From: Eledone cirrhosa
Taxonomy: Eukaryota
Length of the DNA stretch: 64,000 nt
Assembly: GCA_964016885.1 (NCBI GenBank)
Contig: OZ024741.1
Location: 395,064,001-395,128,000, forward strand
Direction: 5' to 3'
The notes under the pieces were generated by a model. It did not search any database. It was not told where the DNA came from and saw nothing but the letters and a program-made list of their open reading frames with translations. The translations under genes and the position numbers were made by a program. Positions 12,298-23,214 of the stretch are shown here, in pieces. Within the stretch, counting starts at the first letter, position 1. Each line of letters opens with the position of its first letter.

Positions 12298-13686
12298 TTT
12301 ATTTCTGTTCACTTACCACTGCCAAACACCTACAATTGGCAAAACATACCCAAATTCAGTCCTATAACATTTCCTTTTATAAAATCTAAACTATATTAGA
12401 AAAAATAAAATGAATTCAACATTGCTTAATCCTTATTTCTGCTCATAAAATGATTTTCTACAAATCATGACATTTATATTTACACATTAAACAAATAAAG
12501 GAAAAAAAAAAAAATCTTCAGAAATATGATTTTGATAAAGAAGTGTATAAATTTTGAGCAGTGATACAAATTGCGTAAGTGAAAACTGAAGTATTTACAT
12601 TGAACAGCATACAATAATGCCTACATTTGTTTTCATTGAAAAGAAAAGTCATTTTTTAATAACTATCTCCATAAAAATAAAATAAATCCATGATTAAAAA
12701 ATTCAACTTGAAAAGAGGCAGAAGCAGGTAGCGGACAAATTTCATAGTCACACCATAGGCTGGAGGTAGTACATACCCAATATAGTTACTTTGGATGTTT
12801 AAATACACCTGAACGACGGAAGGTACAGCAGGTTTGAGGTATCTGATAAAAAGTAATTAAGAACCTTGAAGAATGTGAAAACAAACAAGGTAGGCAATGA
12901 TTTCTAAAATATACCTCACATTAACCAAACCTTGTAGGAATGTTTCAAAAATGCCAATGTGAAAGGAAAGCAAAAATTTAATCTAAAATTTAGAAAAGAT
13001 AAACAATTGATTAGTGGTAAGTCAACACAAAACCTGTTGGATGTTATGAACATGGACGAACTTTCTATAACAATGATTTTGAAATTTAATCATTTGAACA
13101 TATTTTCAAAGCAGATTCAGGAAATTTATGATATAAAAAATATTTACACATTCTATTTAAAGCAAAACATTTTCTCCAGCTGATTTTGAAGGACAATCAG
13201 TATAACTCTTAACAGTTATCTAATAAGTATGCATATTACTTTAAAAATTTGGATTGCTAAGTTCACAATTTAGCAGTAAGCTATCCTTAGTAATGTTAAA
13301 AGTAATAAATTTTATCCTACTATACTGATATTTTGAAACATTTCAACTGAAACTGAAAGAAAGGAAAAATGGAATAGAATGGAAGATACAGGAAGAATAG
13401 ATTACACAGCCTGCTGGTCAAAATTTAACTTTTAAAATTCACTATGGAGTTATAATTCTCAATAATCATTAAGATTTCAGGAATTTTTAAAATAATAATC
13501 TGGCATTCCAAAGAAATGAAACTACCTCCAACCATATACATAGTATTCTACCAAAAATGTGTGTATAGGTTTTAGCATAATATTTTTAAAGTTTACCAGT
13601 AAATTTTCTAAATTTAATTACAGCTGAAATAAATATACATTGACAAAGGAAGTATGTTTGGAATACGGTGAGCGAAGTTTGGAGTT

Positions 13687-14071
13687 GAAATAGAAACTTT
13701 GTCGTAACATTGACTAAATAATATAGTCTATTAATGGGGTGTATAAACCCACTGAATGGAAAAATATGGGTATTAACACACATGTGCTAATAACCATCTT
13801 TTTCCATTCAGTGGGTTTATATGCCTCATTATTAGACATATGTGGTAAGGGCGGTGGATTGGCAGTATCGGTAGAGAGTCGGACACCATGCTTTGAAGCG
13901 TAGAGTTACGTCCCTTTATGATCTGAGTTCAATTCCCGCCGAGGTTAACTTTGCCTTTCATCCTTACAGGTTCGATAAAATAAAGTACCAGTAATGTACT
14001 GGGTAATTGCTGGCCTTGTGCCAAAAGTAGAAACAATTATTTAATCTATGTTATGGCGAAGCTTCTATTTC
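13687..14071. repeat. Fold-back (palindromic MITE-like) element interrupted by a SINE
   Basis: Imperfect inverted repeat centred near 13782 (TATAAACCCACTGAATGGAAAAA / TTTTTCCATTCAGTGGGTTTATA). The outer right arm resumes after the SINE at ~14036-14071. Confidence 0.75.
13849..14041 (+). mobile_element. tRNA-derived SINE (family A, resembles octopus OR-type SINEs)
   Basis: A box TGGCAGTATCGG, B box GAGTTCAATTCC, body CCGAGGTTAACTTTGCCTTTCATCC...GGCCTTGTGCCAAAAGTAGAAACAATTATT. About 11 copies in the window. Confidence 0.88.
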
Positions 14072-14660
14072 TATTAGAATATATATTGAGATTTAAATTA
14101 TTTAATTGAGAAAATCTTAAAAACCCAAGCATATTTAATTTTTCCACCATTAACATCTTTAGATATGAAACAAATTATGGTCATCATAGACTCATCTCTA
14201 ATGTATCTGAAATTTTATCCTTAAATTACTTAAAATATCAGTTTATTACACATATCAGCAATATTAAGATTTTGACGTATTAATTTCTTTTCTTTTAACA
14301 TGGTAAGGTAAAAATGAAAACACAAAGACTTTTATTAAATAAACCAGATACCTGAATACCCAAGAGGAGTTTAAAATTAGAGTTGAAACATTAAGAATAA
14401 TAAGTTCTGGACTGGAATAAACAATTCAAATCCTACATTTTCAGGTAATTTAAATTTATCTTTCAGTAAAAAAAGCATTATTGAGTTAGTGGATACTGAT
14501 GGTATTTTCAGTAAGCTCTATATGGACCACTTCATTTGCATTCAGACATTCTTTTTAACTGTTTAGTCACTTGGTAGAACGCAAAGACATACATAAGTGT
14601 GATTCAAAATCCCAGCCTGTCTGGGATGTCAGTACCTGGCTAGCAGGGAAGTGGATGTTA

Positions 14661-14777
14661 AATAATTGTTTCTACTTTGGGCACAAGGCCAGCAATTACC
14701 CAGTACATTACTGGTGCTTTATTTTATCGAACCTGTAAGGATGAAAGGCAAAGTTAACCTCGGCAGGATTTGAATTC
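14661..14777 (-). mobile_element. SINE family A, 5'-truncated
   Basis: Reverse-complement match to the 3' two-thirds of 13849-14041. Confidence 0.85.
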
Positions 14778-15280
14778 ATGTTAAATAATAATAACGAGCT
14801 AGATGGAAAAACAGTGCTCATGGCCCATTTTAGGGACTCCAGATTGTTAAGAAGGGAGAAAAGAGACTTGACTAAAATATTTGCAACAGGGTGGATTCTG
14901 CTAAAGATACCCAAGGGACAGTTGGTGACTTGTATGGGCCTCTTCTCATTAAGGCTTTCAAATTCTGACTCTTAGATGACTTGCTGATTTTATTGAAAGA
15001 TAAATTCAAATAATGGTTGTGTGTGTGGAGGGAGGAATAAAAAATTGTACATTTACCAGTGACCGAGTAGATACGGGTATTATTATTCTTTGTTTAGAAA
15101 TAAAGATTCCTAGTTTGAACCTAGTCAGGTACTGTACTATGTACAAACCCAGTCCGGTACTATACTATGTACAAACCCAGTCAAAATGTAAAATATCAAA
15201 AGAAAGGTTAATAATTTGAAAAATTAATTTTACTAAACAACACTAGATTACTCATTATTTACTAAACAACACTACATTAC

Positions 15281-15458
15281 TCATTATTTACTATTATATT
15301 TTCATAGTAAAAAAAACTACCTCACATAATATCGAATCTATGAGATTGATATTTATTTTGAGATCACTACCATAATATCAGTATGAGTGACCAGTTACAA
15401 CAAAAATAGGTGATAGAATTGTGGCCGGATACAGTCGGTTTAAAGGCTAAAGGGTTAA
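15281..15458. mobile_element. Partial TTAA-bounded MITE
   Basis: Aligns with 17413-17611 and ends in CTAAAGGG-TTAA. Left terminus is missing. Confidence 0.7.
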
Positions 15459-17412
15459 TGTTTATTTAAGTCTGTTTAAATATATTACAGGTAAGGAAAG
15501 TCCGACCATTTCTTTCAAAAGAAACACAAGTGAAATAATTAGATATTTAAGCTGTACAGTTTCTAAGCTAGCTCACCTCAAAATATGTCATTCACACAAG
15601 TTTAGCACAAAGCACATCTTTGCAATAATCAAAATGAAAACAAAAAACAAAACAAAAATGTACAAAAATTCATGACAAAGAATACATGAGAAAATTGCTA
15701 ACTAAAATTTACAGCTCACACCTACGTAGGTTTAACTGGCTACCTACGAGATTGCATCATATATTTCTTAGGTGTTTTAATGAAGTGACGTGAAATGAAG
15801 CGTCTTGCTCGAGAACTTAATGTGTCACCTGGTCTAGGTATCAAACCCATATGCTCATGAGTCTGACACCCTAACCACTAGGCCACGCTACAGAAATTTG
15901 TCTAGAAAGTGAAAATATATTCCTTCAAATTAAGTGCTTAGGGTATGTGAACTGGATATTATCTCAACTAACATTGATATTCAGATATTTCACAATATAC
16001 AAAAAATAAAAGATTAAAATCCTTACATAATTAAAATAGAGAATATGAACAAACAATTGGTAAATAAACTTCAGTAAATTGAGAAAGAAAAAATGCTAGT
16101 CCTGTGGACACCAATGATATTCAAGGAGAACACACCATTACTATTTGGGGATGGGACAGGTGCAGCAGGCTTGTGCAATCATGCAGAAAATATATGACAA
16201 ATAAGACACACAAATATTGCTAAGCATACTAATAATTTATAAACAAAGGACTGACAAGGTATCTTGATAAGAAAGGTCCTACAAGGATGAAAATATTAGG
16301 ATATGAGGGGGAAAAACTAAAATATGAAAACTAAAATAATTTCAGCTAACTATTCTAGAACTAATTTTTCCAAGTAATTTGGAAAATATAAAATATTCTA
16401 TAAAAATTAATTTTCGATAGCTGATTGAAAATGCAATTAATACAGGATGATCAAAATAGAAAAAGCCTACAATTATGGCCATGCAAACAACTAACATACA
16501 AAAATAATGCTTGGAAAGCAAGCTAACTGTAGACTTCAATCAGATTAAGCTAGTGTAGGGCTTATGGTATATGCAATAAAAGGGCCATAAATTAAAGATC
16601 TAGCTATTTTATCAAATTATAGATATTTTTATGGATCTAATTGTATATTTGAAGGACCAATGTATATAAATCAACCAGCCTGAGTTATTAGGGGGCAATC
16701 AAAATAAATACATGGGTTTCGCATTTACCTAAAGCTAGATATTATCTGCTAGCTAATATGATTAAGAAATTTAGGCTAAAACACTGGAAAATGACAGTAA
16801 ATTTTGTGGCAAATTTGAATGAGAACCCTTTCTCTATGGAACAAAGTTTAAAACAATACTTAAATGCTACGTTATACATCTTCCCTAATATTTACTTATG
16901 CAACTAAGATGCACTTATTTCTTTATTTGTATCTGACAAAAATGAAGTCTATCCTAAGTGTTACCATTGAATTTGATTATTCTAATGTTTAATTTAAAGT
17001 TTAATTGCTGAATCAACCTTAAAAACCAATCTGTTAAGAAAAGTTGAAGGCAAGAATATTCTGAATATGGGACTAACCTTAAACACTCAGTTGTTCATAA
17101 AAGTTAAAGGTAGTATGTTGTTGACCGTCTTTACTGATGATGAGTGCTCCAGTTGATTCAATCAACAGAACTATCTGCTCATGAAATTAATATGTAGGTG
17201 GCTGAGCATCCCAGACAGACAGACACACCAATAACAATTCTCAGGGAAATTCAGAGTGACAATGTGACAAGGCTAGCTCCTTGTACAACTGAGTGAACTG
17301 GAGCAACATGAAATAACGTATCTTGCTTAAGGACATGTGCCACTGAGTCCGGGAATCAAACTCACTATGGATGTAAACCGAATACGCAAACCACTATGCC
17401 ACACATCTTCAT

Positions 17413-17611
17413 TTAACCCTTTAGCATTCACATTATTTTATATTTACTATTATATTTTCATGGTAAAGGCTTTACCTCACATAATATCGAATCTATGAGA
17501 TTTTGAAAGTATTTATTTTGAGAACAATACCTTAACATAAGCGACCAATTACAGCCAGTTTCAACAGAAAAAGGTAGAGAATTCTGGCCGGTTTGAACAC
17601 TAAAGGGTTAA
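17413..17611. mobile_element. Intact ~190-bp piggyBac-like MITE
   Basis: TTAA-CCCTTTAG...CTAAAGGG-TTAA terminal inverted repeats with TTAA on both sides. Three copies in the window. Confidence 0.8.
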
Positions 17612-17915
17612 GGGTAGTATAACACTAAAGGGTTAAGGGTAGTATAATACTAAAGTAATAGATCATTAAGCTTGGGGTTCATAGCATATGCTACTCTTGT
17701 TACCAGATAAATTCAACAGACATATTTTAAAGCAGATTTTAATTGTAGTCTGTTTTTTAAAGTAGAGAAACCACTTGAAAAATATAAAGATTGTTTATTC
17801 ATTTCTAAATAAATAAAATACGCCAATATCACAAATGGCGATAGTCTCAATAATTAAAAACATTTTAAATTTAAAAAAAAAAAATACATATGAAAAAATG
17901 TTGAAATAACGAAGA

Positions 17916-17947
<32 letters not shown>

Positions 17948-18599
17948 TTATATAATTCCTTTCAAGATTCTATTATCAAATAAACCTGATCTAAACATTC
18001 AGCTTCTTATTTAGAAGTCATAAAATATAATTTTAAAACATTGCATTTGGGCAATTATAATCCAGTTAAAACATTATCATTTTTGTTCTATTCTGTTATA
18101 GAATTATATATTATGAAGCATAAAACTTTTGTTGAACATACCTAACCCTAACCTGACCACTTAGCAGAATAGAGTATCAGTGACCAGATTTGAACTGTAA
18201 GATAAAAGAATGATACTTAGAATATAATAACTATTACAGAATAAAACAGTAACAGTGTTTGCTTTAAATGGCTATTATGACTACCACATTATAATCGCTT
18301 TAGTTTCAACCCATCATAATCTTGGATAAAGTTGTACTTGTTTAAACAAGTACAACTCAAATATTTTAAAAGTCTTTAATTGAAGAGCTGAAATAAATTA
18401 GAATTTTTATCCTCGTGAATACAATTTCAAAAATATATAAACATGCAAAAAGAAAAAAAAAAAAAAAAGTGCAAATAAAGAGATGCAATTGCCTTACATA
18501 TGACATACACCATTGAAACCATACTTATCCTGCTAAACACAGCTCATTTGGGACAAGCCCCCACCCCTACATGGTAGAAAAGGCTTTTCATTCAAGTCA

Positions 18600-19790
18600 A
18601 TGACCAGCAATCTCTTTAATGATGCAGCCACGATAACATGTCCCCAGTACATTCTAAAAAATGGTTGGTATTAAGGGCACCCAGCTGTAGTAACCATGTC
18701 ACACCAGAGACAAACTAGTGTTGGTGTCATGAAAAATGCACCCAGTACACCATTAAGTGGTTGATGTTAGGAGGGGCATTCAGCCATAGAAAACTTGTCA
18801 AACTATGATGACACTTCAGTTTTGACAAGAGCACAAAAACCTCGCTAGTGTTAATGCAATGATAATTGCACCCAGTTGTAGCAAACTTGCCAAACAAAGG
18901 GTCGAGCGGACTCTTCAATGATGTTAACGGCATAACTTCCTTAGTGCTGGTGCCACAGTAAAATTCAGCCAATACATTATGTAAAGTGTGGGAATGCGTG
19001 TAAGCAAAATGCAGGACCTTGCCTGCCTGTGATGACCCGTCCAACCGTTGCTAGCAGGAAAAACATTAAATTATGTAAACACACACAGACATATATATAA
19101 ACATTAATTTTCTTGTATGGTATATATATATATATAGAGAGTGGGTATGTATATAGAGTATGTAGGAAAGACAAGATTCTGATTCCATCAGGAAAGTGGT
19201 CATGCTTAATATGTAGAAAAGGAGTAGATAAGAATGCACACAATGTAAAACAAGGGTATACAAATGTAGTGGGATTGTAGGTAGGCTTTGCATTTGTCAG
19301 ATGCAAAATGATAGTTGATAGTATGAGCACCAATGAAATAAACTCTACAATGCTGGAAGGTCCCATAGAAATAGTTAACTTGGGTGACCTTATTAGCAGT
19401 GGAGGAGGTTGCTCTGAACCCATAGTAGCTAGAATAATAGGAGGGAAAACATTTAGGAAACTACCTCTGTTGACGAAGTTTCTCACTACAACTAAAAAAC
19501 AGATTGTGTGTTTTCATGCAAAGCTGCAGAGCAATGAGACTTGGATAAATGCAGGATAAAGGCTGGAGAGAAATGAAGCAAGCATTATCTGTTGGATGTA
19601 TAATGTTAATGTGCATGAAAGACAAAGCAAGGATGAGTTGGGAGTAAAAACTGCATATAAGAGGAAGATCAAGAAAAATTTGGACAGAAGTGGTAAGAGA
19701 TAATCTCATATCACTGAACCTCATAAAGGAAATGAATGCAACAAGTGCTGAAAGACCCAACCAATTCATGCAAGTATGGAAATGATGCAG
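18600..19790 (+). mobile_element. Degenerate RTE 3'UTR-derived repeats (18600-19075) plus a degenerate RTE RT C-terminal fragment (19170-19790)
   Basis: Repeated GGTGCCAC..AAAATGCACCCAGTACAC...AGGGCATCCAGC units. LGDLISSGGGCSE..VARI motif. Confidence 0.65.
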
Positions 19791-20043
19791 CCACATATGG
19801 TTAATTGTAGATGATTATTAAATAAAGGAATGATATTGCGAGTCGATCAGTTTTACTATTTTCCCATTTTAGTTCATAGATTAATTCAATACCCTATGTA
19901 AAAGCTTCTCAGATCCAAAACTTTTTCCAAGTATCGCATCTGAATAGTCTATCTTGACAATATAAAGTGCAAGATGTCATGAATGATATTTTCTTATGGT
20001 CATTGTTATTAAATTATTTTGCATGTCTGCATCTAGCTATTTG

Positions 20044-20759
20044 AAGTCCTTACTTGTGCTCACTGAATAGGAGAGGGTGAGCTAGCTTAAGCCGTTCTTA
20101 GAAAGTTGCTAGTGTTATAAATGCTGAATTTGGAAGGAAACATCTGCTTTTACAGTGAGAAAAGAAGCCCATAAATCGGTTACATATATAATATGCAAAG
20201 CATACTATGAATCCAAAAGAATCAGGTACATTTCATTTCATATTTCATAACAGCCATCTTTAAGTGTAGCCATTTCCTGTCATGTGCATTTACAAAGTTT
20301 TTAGAGGTTATCTCCCTTGAAAGTCTATACAGTACAATGAAACTAACCCCCCCCCCCCCCCCTCGGCAAAGTTATCTTTCTGCTACATTACAAATGTGGG
20401 CAAGAAAAGTCCTTACTTGTGCTCACTGAATAGGAGAAGGCGAGCTAGCTTAAGCCGTTCTTAGAAAGTTGCTAGTGTTATAAATGCTGAATTTGGAAGG
20501 AAACATCCGCTTTTACAGTGAGAAAAGAAGCCCATAAATCGGTTACATATATAATATGCAAAGCATACTATGAATCCAAAAGAATCAGGTACATTTCATT
20601 TCATAACAGCCATCTTTAAGTGTAGCCATTTCCTGCCATGTGCATTTACAAAGTTTTTAGAGGTTATCTCCCTTGAAAGTCTATACAGTACAATGAAACT
20701 ACACCCCCCCCCCCCTCGGCAAAGTTATCTTTCTGCTACATTACAAATGTGGGCAAGAA
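20044..20759. repeat. Tandem duplication with a ~360-bp unit
   Basis: 20044-20406 and 20407-20759 are nearly identical, differing by a few substitutions, a 7-bp indel and poly-C length. Confidence 0.95.
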
Positions 20760-23214
20760 ATGTCCATACAGTTGACATCATCATCATGTTGGCATGGGTC
20801 GCTATAGTCCAAGTCAGTTCTTATTCAGACTTTTATGTTCCATTTTTTTGCATGCTTTCTACAGCTGAAAGCTCTAACACTAATCCCTTTACAGGGTGTG
20901 TTGGATGCATTTTATTGTGGCACCAGCAATATGGAATGAATGTGAGATGTCCGATATTCATTTTGGATACATGATAGATCGTGTGAAATTTTAAAGTAGC
21001 ATACTATATCCATCTTTCATTGCAATTACTATACAATGTTTTCAGTTCTCTCAATTCATGTAGGTAAATAGTATTGGATGTATGATTTCAATTAATAGCT
21101 TTTAAATAGAGCAGATTACCCATCTACAGTAACTTTTGTAGATGTAGCCAAAATATTTCATATGAGAAGAGCCAAGTTATGCAGTAGCCAGACAATTTGC
21201 ATTGAAATTTAAATCAAAATAATTTGAGAATAAAATTATATGAAATAAACCCAAAACTTTGGCAAACTAGAATAAAATTACATTCATTATTAGTAGTTGT
21301 ATGAAGGCTGATGTACAAAATGAAGGCTAAAATAGATGAAAGACTATGAATGACTAAAATAGATACAATTATGCTTCAACTGTTAGAAATACCTTTGAAT
21401 CTAACTGTTTTAAGAAGGCTAGTTCAACATTTAAAGTAAATAAAAAGGCTGATTTTCACTATACTTTCTTGATATATCTGCTAGCAATTATCTGTATAAA
21501 CAGAAGTATATTTCTAAAAAAAAATTTATTTGATGACAAACAAAAGGCTAATACAACAAGTTAAATTTAAAACACTAGCTCCTAACAAATCAATTCATCA
21601 TCACTATTTAATGTTTATTTTCCATGCTGAAGTCAGACTGGTCAAGTGACAAGATCCTGCTCACTTTGTTTTCACTTCCTTTCTATGGCTGGATGCCCTT
21701 CTTAATGCCAATTATAAATACAATACTAAATTGACTAAAATGGGACTAGATTAGATACCTAAAATATAGTTATTGAAAACATTGTCAATGTAATAAATCT
21801 AAGGAGTATAAAGGGAAACACTTTAAAAATACATTGAAAATGTAACTTAATATATGCTGTCTTTTTTCATACCAATAAAAAAGCATATATGTAGTACATG
21901 CAAAGACTGTGACCTCTCTAAGCTTACTTCTAAAATATCAACTCGACATATTGTCAACTTAACCCCACCTTGCAAATTAATGAAGCATAACAGTACATTT
22001 TCTTATTGCTGCATTCATCTTTTCTAAGCACTTCAAACCAGATTTTATGAAAAATTTAATTTAAAGGGGGACTGTTTAGGTGATAAAAACAATTGGATGT
22101 GTTTTGATTTGGACCTTTGAAGGCCAGTTATTGAGAGTAATACTCTCAATAACTGGAAGCATGGAGAATATCATAAAAAGGATTTTTGGGTGGAAGTTTA
22201 TTATGGAGCTGAACATGAGATAGTACAGTTGATGCAATGAGGGAAGGTGGGTCAGACAAATATATAATCCTGAAGCCCTCTGCACCTTTTCTTTAATAGC
22301 TGAAGTCCTCACATTCAACTGCAAAACATTTTACAGTCCTTAGATATTGCTAAGAGAATCAAATTGTTTATCTTTTTAGATTCACTCCAGCTCACTATCT
22401 TCTGGCTTTATTACGATTTTCTACCAGCTTCATAACTCTTTAGTATATTTAAACTTGAGAGGAAAATCAAGTAAGATTTATGATTAAAAATAAAAGGTTT
22501 TTAAGAATATGATGTCAGGCAATAAACAAGTGAAAATCTTGAAAAGCTTAAATGTAAAGTTATGAAACATGGCATATTCAGTGACAGCTGTTGTTAAGTT
22601 ATGAAGCTCAAATTGTTCTAAGAAAGTTATGGCCTAAAATAACTTTTACATTAATCCATTCTAATATTTGACATCGAAATAGCTTTCCTAGATCTTGCAC
22701 CTTTTTACTGTAATCAAATTCTTAATTACCTTATCTCGAGAGTTGCCAATCTGTTAGCTTTTACTACAGGTTACTCAGAAACCTCTTTCACCCAGAGAAA
22801 GTGCCCACATTTTAGACATACCCTATTTGTTTTACTCAAACAGTTTTCAAATATGAATTGGAGTGATTTTAGATAATAGTTAAACAGGACATATTCCTTA
22901 ACTACTACAAAGAAATGATCACCAAAATGTTAAAGTGCCAACTAATTACCATAACATTTAAAGAAATCTAATATTGCTATATAACAAATAATTGTTGACC
23001 AATATTGGATCTGCATATAAAAAGGGACCCGTTTCAAGTATGCATACGGACTCACTCATCCAGAAATATTTTAGATTTTTTCAAGAAATAGGAAAATAGA
23101 TCAAAGAGTAAAGCAGGGAAAATTAATAATAGCAACTACATTCCCCATTTTGGTAAGCACATTAGCCCCCCTGACTTACCCGGTTCTCCGGGTCCACAGG
23201 ACTAGTCACCTAGT

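Noticed and set aside
18140-18153. Telomere-like CCTAACCCTAACC
   Set aside because: Only two units, which is compatible with chance.
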